Assembly: GCA_038063875.1 (NCBI GenBank)
Contig: JBBTUH010000001.1
Coordinates: 1-62,950 of the forward strand
Origin: Patescibacteria group bacterium
GTDB taxonomy: Bacteria; Patescibacteriota; Microgenomatia; UBA10105; UBA927
Direction: 5' to 3'
DNA length: 62,950 nucleotides
Below are positions 23,638 through 31,273 of the stretch, in pieces; positions within the stretch are counted from its first letter, which is position 1, and each line of letters opens with the position of its first letter. A program made the position numbers and the translations under genes. A model generated the notes under the pieces. It was given only the letters and a program-made list of their open reading frames with translations, was not told the origin of the DNA and searched no databases.

Positions 23638-26192
23638 GGCATAGGGGTAGGAGTGGCAAATGGTTCGTTTACGCCAATTCGAATTGCACGCTCGGTTGTT
23701 TTTCCTCTTTTATCCGTTGCTTTGACATTTATCGTATGAGAGCCTGTTGACAGTGTCAGCGTTTCACTGAAATTTTTGTCCTGTCTTTCTTTTTTCTTAT
23801 CGCCATCGACAAAAATCTCAACACGTTCAATATCTGCTGTAGTAAAAGTCTCTACTTCAATCGTAATTTCATTTGAATCAATTCGATCTAGATCACGAGG
23901 CTTTTTGATATTCAAGACGATCTGATCCGTACCCGTATAGGTATCAGTGGGTGGACGATATTTACTGTCTTGTCCAGCAATCCATGCATTGATACCATCT
24001 TGCCATCTGTTTTTCCCATCTCCTGATACAGGATCATCCTCTGCAAAAACGATGTAGAGCTTCTCTTCATAATCGCCTGTCGCGACCTCGACACTGTTTG
24101 CGAGTTTCGTATTATCTTTGCGAGAAATTTTTAATTTCTGATAGATAGCCGCGGGAGCCGTAGGCTCAGTGCCCTTCACAAAAAACTCTTTGCGTGTGGG
24201 CTGACCATCGACAGTGGTACCTCCACCATACCCATCTATTTCCATTTCCACGATATCATCAGGTTTTGTAAAATTCTCATCTGGAAGCTCTTTGAGCGCT
24301 TCGCGCATGATACGATTCCATATTGGAGCCGCTCCTGTGACACCAGAGGCAAGTGCTGGATTCATTGGAGAATTATCATTGTTCCCGACCCACGTCACGA
24401 CCACGCGCTTTGGTGTGTATCCTGCAGTCCAGTTGTCTCTCTTATCGTCAGTCGTTCCCGTTTTGGCAGCGACCGTCTTGCCTGCTATAAAAAGATAAGA
24501 TTTCAGTCCAAACGTGTCTTTCCGCGCATCATTGTCAGAGAGAATAGAGGATATAAGAAACGCAATCGATTGATCAAGCTCCTGACGAGGGGATGCTGAC
24601 TTTTGCTCGAAGATCACTTTGCCAGAACTGTTTTCTACCTTTAAAATTGCGACCGGATCTGTGCGTTTGCCCCCTGTAGCGAGTACACCGTAGGCGCGTG
24701 CCAAATCGAGCATATACACTTCACCGCCGCCGAGCGCCAACGAGAGACCCAATCGTTTGAGATTGTCATTGGTCGGCTCGAGGGTAGTAAGTCCCATAGC
24801 GTAGGCTATCTTGAGGACGTCTTTGACCCCTGCAAGTGCTGTCGTTTTCACCGCAATCGTGTTTATAGAATTACCAAGGGCATAGCGCATCTGCATAGGT
24901 CCTCTGTACTTGCCGTCATAATTTTTGGGATTATACTCAGGCTTTGCTACGTCTCCAGAAGGGTACTTTGTGTCAACATCCATAAGAACAGACGATAGCG
25001 TGTAGCCTTTGGTCAGCGCTGCAGCGTAGAGGATGGGTTTTATAGCCGATCCTGGCTGTCGCAAGGCCTGTGTCACGACATTAAATTTAAATCCAGAGCT
25101 ATCCGTTGCTTGATAATCTTTGCTCCCGACCATGGTAAGAATGTCTCCTGTATTTGGATCAAGCACCACTGCAGCACCATTTCCCACTTTTAATTTTTTC
25201 GCTTTATCCACTTCTTCTTTCACTGCCTTTTGACTCGCTTCCTGCAATTTCCAATCAAGAGTGGTCGTAACTTTTAGTCCCTCTGTCTCCACTGCCTTTT
25301 GGCCAAATTTTGCAATGAGTAACTCTTTGACATATGCCACAAAGTGCGGTGCTCGCAGATTATCCTCTCCTGATGCAAATACCACACTGTCGAGTGCCTT
25401 ACGCGTCTCTCCCTCAGAAACCACCGTAAGATACCCGTCTTCCCTCATGCGCCGCAAGACCTGTGTCGTACGACCAACATACGCTTTGGGTTCTCCGGTA
25501 AACGGCGAGTATATAGAAGGGGACTGCGGAAGACCAGCAAGGATGACACACTCAGGCAAAGAGAGGTCTTTGACATCTTTGTTAAAGTAATGCTCGGCGG
25601 CAGCTTTCACTCCTACCGCTGTACCGCCATACGGCACTTCGTTTAAATACATAAGGAGGATGTCATTTTTGGAATACTTCCGTTCAATTTGGATGGAGAG
25701 AATTGCCTCCTTCATCTTGCGGGGGAGTGTTTGTTCGGTTGAGAGAAGGACATTCTTTACCAGTTGTTGCGTCAGCGTTGATCCACCTTGAGTATCGCGG
25801 AAAAGTACCGTACGGATAAGAGCGCGGAGAATGCCGGTCGTAGATAATCCTTGGTGTCGATAAAAATCTTTGTCTTCTACCGCAACCGTTGCGTCACGCA
25901 AACACTGCGGTACTTCTTCCCATTTAGCAGGAATCCTATTGGCTTGCTCAAAGATGTCATAGAGCTTCTCACCGTTTCTATCAAGGATCACTGTGGATAA
26001 TCCATCTTTACGTTGCACCTTATCAGGACGAGGCAGGTCTTTGGCATACCATGCAAAAAGTAAGGAAACACAAAGGAGTCCAAAAATAAGAAGGAGAAAT
26101 GCGCCAAACGCCACCATGCTCGTCGTTTTGATCCTCGTTGATCGTGAACCAAAAAACCTTCTCTTTTGCCGTTCAAGATACATCTGGTACAT
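23634..26192 (-). CDS. class A penicillin-binding protein (GT51 transglycosylase plus transpeptidase) with a C-terminal Ig-like extension
   Basis: GT51 motifs EDKDFYRHQG and GGSTLTQQLVKN. Transpeptidase motifs SGSAIKP (SxxK), SINT (SxN) and KTGTT. About 250 extra C-terminal residues. Confidence 0.9.
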   Translation of the reverse strand: MYQMYLERQKRRFFGSRSTRIKTTSMVAFGAFLLLIFGLLCVSLLFAWYAKDLPRPDKVQRKDGLSTVILDRNGEKLYDIFEQANRIPAKWEEVPQCLRDATVAVEDKDFYRHQGLSTTGILRALIRTVLFRDTQGGSTLTQQLVKNVLLSTEQTLPRKMKEAILSIQIERKYSKNDILLMYLNEVPYGGTAVGVKAAAEHYFNKDVKDLSLPECVILAGLPQSPSIYSPFTGEPKAYVGRTTQVLRRMREDGYLTVVSEGETRKALDSVVFASGEDNLRAPHFVAYVKELLIAKFGQKAVETEGLKVTTTLDWKLQEASQKAVKEEVDKAKKLKVGNGAAVVLDPNTGDILTMVGSKDYQATDSSGFKFNVVTQALRQPGSAIKPILYAAALTKGYTLSSVLMDVDTKYPSGDVAKPEYNPKNYDGKYRGPMQMRYALGNSINTIAVKTTALAGVKDVLKIAYAMGLTTLEPTNDNLKRLGLSLALGGGEVYMLDLARAYGVLATGGKRTDPVAILKVENSSGKVIFEQKSASPRQELDQSIAFLISSILSDNDARKDTFGLKSYLFIAGKTVAAKTGTTDDKRDNWTAGYTPKRVVVTWVGNNDNSPMNPALASGVTGAAPIWNRIMREALKELPDENFTKPDDIVEMEIDGYGGGTTVDGQPTRKEFFVKGTEPTAPAAIYQKLKISRKDNTKLANSVEVATGDYEEKLYIVFAEDDPVSGDGKNRWQDGINAWIAGQDSKYRPPTDTYTGTDQIVLNIKKPRDLDRIDSNEITIEVETFTTADIERVEIFVDGDKKKERQDKNFSETLTLSTGSHTINVKATDKRGKTTERAIRIGVNEPFATPTPMP

Positions 26193-26213
26193 AAAGACTA
26201 TTGTACCCTGACA

Positions 26214-26241
26214 TTGACATATATGACAATGTATGCTATAA
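26214..26241 (+). promoter_or_regulatory. sigma70-like promoter TTGACA-16-TATAAA for the T-box leader
   Basis: TTGACA at 26214-26219, 16-nt spacer, TATAAA at 26236-26241. It lies about 25 nt upstream of the base of T-box Stem I. Confidence 0.5.
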
Positions 26242-26264
26242 ATTGTTTACAAGTTAATATGAAA

Positions 26265-26598
26265 AGCACTGACGGAGACTCAAGTAGAGAGATATAAGTG
26301 ACATAGAGAAAGCAGACGATTGATGCAAGATCTGCCGAATTATATTTTTCGAAATACCCTCCACGAGCTTCCCGGCGAACATCAAAGTAGCCGAGGACGG
26401 ATACGCCCGTAACAGCAGAATGTATGTGTCGCCATAAGCGGAGCATACAAATGAGGCTAAGGTTAGTCGGTCTCGGACCGACTTTTTTGTGGCTATCGCC
26501 ACACAACTTTAGCAAAGCAAGGTGGTACCGTGTTCTCTATAGAACGCCCTTGCAGGTTACTCAGAAATTTTCTGGGCGACTTGCACGGGCGTTTTTTT
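26265..26598 (+). promoter_or_regulatory. T-box riboswitch leader, candidate specifier UAC (Tyr)
   Basis: K-turn-like GCACUGA/GAGC base. AGUA (26282-85) and GAA (26350-52) form an S-turn pair. AGAGA bulge at 26304-08, distal loop UGAUGCAA. T-box sequence AAGGUGGUACCGUG at 26518-31 folds into a canonical antiterminator with a UGGUACC bulge. A competing terminator pairs 26544-56 with 26578-90 and is followed by U8. Confidence 0.8.
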
Positions 26599-26642
26599 TG
26601 GTGAAAAGGGGAATATATAAAAAATTTAGTAAAGGAGGATGT

Positions 26643-27416
26643 ATGTCTATAGAAAAACGACGACCAGAAAAAGATGAGGTGTTCAACGAAAAGGATGCAA
26701 AAGCCTACGCAGATGGGTGCGACTTCCAAGAGGGGATAAAGAAAACCTCTGACTACGCTATTGTTGCGGCAGAAGCGGCTCGCATGTTTGGAAAACGAGG
26801 TCGATTAAGCGGACTCGTGGTAGAGATATGTCCTGGTCCCGGAAATTTATGCGGTGAACTTATAAAAAAAGGGGTACAAAAGGTCATTGGCATCGACGCA
26901 TCAGAAACAATGCTCAATCACGCATCGAAAAAATTCGAGCACGAAATCGCACAAGGACGCATGGAGTTTAAAAAGGGATGGGCTCAACAACTTCCCATAA
27001 ATGATGGTATAGCAAAAGGAAGTATCAACTTTCATTCCTTTCACCAATTTAAGGATGAACAGAGAGCGTTTGATGCGCTCAAAGAAATGATACGTATTCT
27101 TGCACCAAACGGGTGGGGATTTGTGCGTGATTTTCGAAGAGATGTGTCCAAACCGATTATGGATACATTCTTAAAGAGACGAACTGCCAAAACCCCCGCG
27201 GTCGCTGAACTATTACGAGAGTCTCTAAGCGCAGCGTTTAGTCAGGATGAATTTATAGACATGTTAAAACGCATTGATGGTATCAGGTTTACTGTTGAGA
27301 ATGCTCGAGATCCAAGACGAATACTGTCGCTTTTACCAGCAATCGCGCTTGATCCAGTCCCACACTGGATGGATTCGATGATTGATCAAAACGTAAAAAT
27401 ACAAAAATTAAAATAA
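26643..27416 (+). CDS. class I SAM-dependent methyltransferase
   Basis: ORF 26424..27416 trimmed to the ATG at 26643, preceded by SD AAAGGAGGA; the upstream part of the ORF is the T-box leader. Motif I is VVEICPGPGNLCGEL. Confidence 0.7.
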   Translation: MSIEKRRPEKDEVFNEKDAKAYADGCDFQEGIKKTSDYAIVAAEAARMFGKRGRLSGLVVEICPGPGNLCGELIKKGVQKVIGIDASETMLNHASKKFEHEIAQGRMEFKKGWAQQLPINDGIAKGSINFHSFHQFKDEQRAFDALKEMIRILAPNGWGFVRDFRRDVSKPIMDTFLKRRTAKTPAVAELLRESLSAAFSQDEFIDMLKRIDGIRFTVENARDPRRILSLLPAIALDPVPHWMDSMIDQNVKIQKLK

Positions 27417-27429
27417 TGAAGGAGAGTAT

Positions 27430-28548
27430 ATGAACAAACAAAAAACAAACACTATTCGAGCAGATGTGGTAGGAAGCATGTTGCGTCCACAATTTCTTTT
27501 GGATACGCAAGAGGGGGTGAAAAATAATACTGCAAGTATTGCAGATCTCACACTTGCCGAAGACAAAGCAATCAGAGATGCTGTCGCCATTCAAATGGAT
27601 GCTGGTGTCGATGTTATAACCGACGGAGAAATGCGTAGACCTGTCTTTTGCCATAATTTTGTGAAATCCGTCGATGGTTTCAAGTGGGATATCCCCGGAA
27701 ACACTGTCATCTGGTTTGACATGCACGGCAAACAAATGGTGGATCCTGTCACTGTAGGAGTAGTTCGTAAATTAAAACGACTCCATGACATATCTGTAGA
27801 TGAATTTTCATTTCTGCGTGCTATAACATCTCACCCAAAAAAAATAACCATCCCAAGTCCAACCATGATGAGTTACTTTTTTGCGCGCGGTATATCTGAC
27901 CGTGTGTACAAATCACCGTTGAAATTCTTAAAAGATGTAACGCTCATATTAAAACAAAGCGTTACAGAACTTGAGCGTATAGGGGTAACTCATATCCAAA
28001 TTGATGCACCTGAGTTTGGAATGCTACTAGATCCCGTGCAACAAGCGTGGTTTGCTGAAAAAGGATTTAATCCAAAGACACTCATTTCAGATGGCGTAGA
28101 TATGATAAACGACGTACTTGAAGGATTTAAAGGCACTAAGGCGCTTCACATCTGTCGAGGAAACGATAAAAATCGTTTTATGGCAAAAGGTGGATATGAC
28201 GCTATTGCGCAAACGGTGTTTACTCGGGCAAAGGTCGATCGACTACTCTTAGAGTTCGACTCAGAGCGTGCGGGGAGTTTTGCGCCACTTTCTTTCGTGC
28301 CGAAAGATAAGACCGTTGTGTTAGGACTCATCACAACGAAATCTCCGAAATTAGAACACGAACGCGATGTTATTACACGAATAGAGGAGGCTGCAACATT
28401 TGTTCCTCTCGAGCAATTGGCGATAAGTACACAGTGTGGATTCGCTTCTGTGGCTAAAGGCAATAATATTTCGTTTAACGATCAAAGCAATAAGTTAAAA
28501 CTTGTTTCAAAAATCGCAAGAAAAGTTTGGGAAGACACACGCCATTAA
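27430..28548 (+). CDS. cobalamin-independent methionine synthase (MetE) catalytic-domain-only family protein
   Basis: IRADVVGSMLRPQFL N-terminus, ITDGEMRR, zinc-ligand-like HICRGN and STQCGFAS. At 372 aa it matches single-domain Meth_synt_2 proteins. Confidence 0.75.
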   Translation: MNKQKTNTIRADVVGSMLRPQFLLDTQEGVKNNTASIADLTLAEDKAIRDAVAIQMDAGVDVITDGEMRRPVFCHNFVKSVDGFKWDIPGNTVIWFDMHGKQMVDPVTVGVVRKLKRLHDISVDEFSFLRAITSHPKKITIPSPTMMSYFFARGISDRVYKSPLKFLKDVTLILKQSVTELERIGVTHIQIDAPEFGMLLDPVQQAWFAEKGFNPKTLISDGVDMINDVLEGFKGTKALHICRGNDKNRFMAKGGYDAIAQTVFTRAKVDRLLLEFDSERAGSFAPLSFVPKDKTVVLGLITTKSPKLEHERDVITRIEEAATFVPLEQLAISTQCGFASVAKGNNISFNDQSNKLKLVSKIARKVWEDTRH

Positions 28549-28586
28549 AGAAATAAGAAAACTATGCTATAGTAAAAAGAGAATTT

Positions 28587-29744
28587 ATGGATGAAATAGA
28601 AGAACTGTTAACACGAGGGGTTGAAAATATTATTCCGGATAAAGAAAAACTTCGGGCACTTTTAGCGAGCGGCAAAAAGCTCAATATTTATTTAGGCATC
28701 GATCCTACAGCTACACAAATTCATGTAGGTCACGCCGTGCCACTTCGTAAACTCAACGCATTTGCACAACTTGGACATAATGTGACATTTCTTATAGGAG
28801 ATTTTACCGCGCTGATAGGGGATACCTCTGACAAAGACACAGAACGACCAGTGCTTACGCATGAACAAATCAAGGCAAATTTCGAGACCTATAAAAAACA
28901 AGCAGAAAAAATTCTTGATTTCAGTAAAGTAACAGTACGCTTTAATAGTGAATGGCTGAATAAATTAGATTTTGCTGAAATTGTAAAACTCTCTCAACAC
29001 TTTTCTGCTGGAGAATTCGTCAGTCGCGAACTCATCCGCAATAGGCTAGACCAAAAGAAAAAAGTAGGTCTCCATGAACTCCTGTATCCAGTCATGCAAG
29101 GATACGACAGCTACTTTATGGACACGGATATTCAATTAGGAGGCACGGATCAAACATTCAACATGCAAGCAGGACGAGTGTTACAAAAGGACTTACGAAA
29201 CAAAGAGTCTTTTATCATAGCCAATGGATTTCTTGAGGGTACTGATGGGCGGAAAATGAGTAAATCATGGGGAAATGCTATATGGCTATCTGATACACCT
29301 GAGAACATGTATGGCAAGGTCATGTCATTAAAAGACGATTTAATTGTAAATTATTTCACCCTTCTTACTGATACATCATACGAAGCCATCGCATCCATGA
29401 AAAAAAGTATGGCCAAAGGCGAAAATCCAATGAATCTAAAAAAACGGTTAGCGTTTGAACTTACAAAGACCTTTAACACCGAAGTAGAAGCAGAAAAAGC
29501 ACAAGATGCATTTAAAAAAGCACACCAAGAGAATATTTTCCCAGAGGAAGCTGAGCCATCAGCACCAGCAAATAGCATTAAAGAATTCTTGATTGATAAA
29601 GGCTATACATCAACAGAAGCAAAGAATTTGATTGCTGTGGGTTCTGTGGATATCAATGGCATCACAATTAAAGAAAGAAATATCGAAGTAAATAGTGGCG
29701 ATGAAATAAGGATTGGAAAAAAAGCATTTTTTAAAGTAGAATAA
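28587..29744 (+). CDS. tyrS: tyrosine--tRNA ligase with C-terminal S4-like domain
   Basis: HIGH region GIDPTATQIHVGHAVPLRKL, the KMSKS motif, and C-terminal KNLIAVGSVDINGITI. Confidence 0.92.
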   Translation: MDEIEELLTRGVENIIPDKEKLRALLASGKKLNIYLGIDPTATQIHVGHAVPLRKLNAFAQLGHNVTFLIGDFTALIGDTSDKDTERPVLTHEQIKANFETYKKQAEKILDFSKVTVRFNSEWLNKLDFAEIVKLSQHFSAGEFVSRELIRNRLDQKKKVGLHELLYPVMQGYDSYFMDTDIQLGGTDQTFNMQAGRVLQKDLRNKESFIIANGFLEGTDGRKMSKSWGNAIWLSDTPENMYGKVMSLKDDLIVNYFTLLTDTSYEAIASMKKSMAKGENPMNLKKRLAFELTKTFNTEVEAEKAQDAFKKAHQENIFPEEAEPSAPANSIKEFLIDKGYTSTEAKNLIAVGSVDINGITIKERNIEVNSGDEIRIGKKAFFKVE

Positions 29745-29748
29745 TTCT

Positions 29749-29859
29749 ATGAACTTTTTTAGAAAACACGAAATGATTTGGAAAGTGATTGTGGTTATTG
29801 CGTCACTTGCACTCGTTGCGACCTCGTTTATCCCACTTCTCTCCGGCGGATTGCAGTAA
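29749..29859 (+). CDS. possible 36-aa membrane peptide (MNFFRKHEMIWKVIVVIASLALVATSFIPLLSGGLQ)
   Basis: The ATG lies 5 nt after the tyrS stop and the peptide has one hydrophobic helix. The last 33 nt of the ORF (29827-29859) lie within the 38-bp repeat duplicated at 30715-30752. Confidence 0.25.
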   Translation: MNFFRKHEMIWKVIVVIASLALVATSFIPLLSGGLQ

Positions 29860-29864
29860 ATTTT
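29827..29864 (+). repeat. 38-bp perfect direct repeat, copy 1
   Basis: tttatcccacttctctccggcggattgcagtaaatttt is identical to 30715-30752. Confidence 0.95.
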
Positions 29865-29906
29865 CGTATCACCGCTATTCTCAAATTTAACTCATGGTAT
29901 TTCTTT

Positions 29907-29932
29907 GTACCAGTGTATTAATACATTGGTAC
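29907..29932. repeat. 26-bp palindromic motif, site A (GTACCAGTGTATTAATACATTGGTAC)
   Basis: Member of a four-copy family (29907, 31193, 62412, 62875). It has one arm mismatch and lies 6 nt past the stop of the minus-strand gene at 29939..30667. Confidence 0.9.
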
Positions 29933-29938
29933 AAAGAC

Positions 29939-30667
29939 TTATGGGACCATTTCTTTTCTCTTTAATACCGTTTGTCTCAAATCATCAATAATCACTTTTG
30001 CTGGTGTACCGACGAGTGTTGCTGCAGTTTCACTCGGATGTAGTCGCATATACTCTTTTACAAGATACACACCAATTGAATATCCTGCCCATCGGGGTAA
30101 ATCACTAGAACCAAAAAACCACCGTGCGTGATTATAGTTTTGATCTTCACTTTCGAAGATAACTTTCTCTAAAAGTGTTTCTGTTTGCTCTTTTGATAAA
30201 GGCTTCGCCCAGCTAGACTGTTCACCACCCCAAACATCTGTCTCAAAAACGGTCGCCAATCCCTCTGCTATCAATGCTGCACCCAACGACGATTTTTCGT
30301 CAGGAAGCGCTTTATCCCTTACTGCATGATGCAATTCATGACTTACAGAACGGGGAAGTTCGACTTGCAACAATTTTTCTTTATCGGAAAAACTCGGATT
30401 CACTGTAATCTGCACTTCTTTGGCTGACAATTTTCTCCCTGAATGTCCATGATTTGGAATTACCTTTTTAGGATCATTTTTTATGTTTATAGTTAATTCG
30501 TGTAAAGGCAAATAGTGAGCGGTTTGAGTTACCGCGTTTTTAGCAACTTCTTGAAACCCCTTTCGTATTCCTCCAAAGCTATCAAATAAACGTATTTTGA
30601 TAGTCACATCTCCAATGCGTTCGGTTTGATAAAAACTAAAAGCCCCGTTCTGACGCTCTATTTTCAT
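29939..30667 (-). CDS. putative HExxH zinc-dependent peptidase (DUF2268-like)
   Basis: HELHHAVR motif followed by EGLATVFE. Size and layout resemble the predicted Zn-protease family DUF2268. The gene sits between the 38-bp direct repeats. Confidence 0.45.
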   Translation of the reverse strand: MKIERQNGAFSFYQTERIGDVTIKIRLFDSFGGIRKGFQEVAKNAVTQTAHYLPLHELTINIKNDPKKVIPNHGHSGRKLSAKEVQITVNPSFSDKEKLLQVELPRSVSHELHHAVRDKALPDEKSSLGAALIAEGLATVFETDVWGGEQSSWAKPLSKEQTETLLEKVIFESEDQNYNHARWFFGSSDLPRWAGYSIGVYLVKEYMRLHPSETAATLVGTPAKVIIDDLRQTVLKRKEMVP

Positions 30668-30714
30668 AGCGCCATTATAACGTTTTTAGGTATCGTTTGC
30701 ACAGGATCCCTGCC

Positions 30715-30752
30715 TTTATCCCACTTCTCTCCGGCGGATTGCAGTAAATTTT
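30715..30752 (+). repeat. 38-bp perfect direct repeat, copy 2
   Basis: Identical to 29827-29864. Confidence 0.95.
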
Positions 30753-30762
30753 TGACTGCTTT

Positions 30763-31192
30763 GTGCTATACTCGCCTCATATGACAGTCAAACAACGAAC
30801 TACTTTACAAAAACGGTATGAGAGCTTTCGAAAAGCAAAGCGGAGCAAACATTCCCTCTTGTCGTTATTTCGTGCGTTCATGCCGGAACTCATATTCCGA
30901 ACCACAAAACTTGAGGGAGAGCCGGTGACACGCAAGTCCATTCGTGCGCTCTTTTAAATGAGGCAATGAAACGATCAACGACAAAACCCAAAGGTGCAAC
31001 ATCCTATAAGGAAACGGCGTTTGGTATACTTCCACGAACAAAACTACTACCTCTTGAGCTGGAAGGCACAAAAAGAGGAATGGAGTATATCTACAAACTC
31101 GTAAAAACAAACAACCACGTTCATATCACCCCCGAGCTTATTTGTAAACTTCACCACGTATCGTTTGGCTGGATTTTTTCCTATATATTTTT
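30763..31192 (+). pseudogene. Fic/DOC-family gene remnant (frameshifted and 3'-truncated)
   Basis: Two short ORFs in different frames (30763..30957 and 30966..31268). TTKLEGEPVTRKSI resembles the Fic N-terminal S/TxxxE(G/N) inhibitory-helix region, and ITPELICKLHHVSFGWIF resembles the segment preceding the Fic core. The HPFxxGNGR core is absent. The similarity stops at palindrome site B. Confidence 0.35.
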
Positions 31193-31218
31193 GTACTGGT
31201 GTATTAATACACCAGTAC
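31193..31218. repeat. 26-bp palindromic motif, site B (GTACTGGTGTATTAATACACCAGTAC, perfect)
   Basis: Perfect inverted repeat 55 nt upstream of the recG start. Confidence 0.9.
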
Positions 31219-31273
31219 ATTCAGTACCTCTGGTGGAAAATGCCGCATTACGAAGATACAATACCTAGTAATC

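Noticed and set aside
26214-26490. Possible stand-alone small RNA: a consensus-like promoter at 26214, then a perfect hairpin AGTCGGTC-TCG-GACCGACT plus T6 at 26464-26487.
   Set aside because: The downstream T-box sequence and the antiterminator/terminator pair show that the hairpin occupies the Stem III position of a single T-box leader. It is not the end of an independent sRNA. Premature termination there cannot be excluded.
26400-26640. A SAM, SAH or cobalamin riboswitch, expected upstream of a MetE-like gene.
   Set aside because: No SAM-I/II core and no B12-box consensus could be found. The GGUGGUACCGUG T-box motif with a canonical bulged antiterminator explains the region instead. The Cys (GAA-UGU-A at 26417-26423) and His (CAU at 26379-26381) specifier candidates were dropped. 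They lie outside the Stem I specifier loop, and UGGU predicts an A73 tRNA, whereas Cys has U73 and His has C73.
26198-26642. ORFs 26198..26515(-), 26254..26502(-), 26493..26729(-) and the first 73 codons of ORF 26424..27416(+).
   Set aside because: They overlap the structured T-box leader. The real CDS has a strong SD (AAAGGAGGA) at the internal ATG at 26643.
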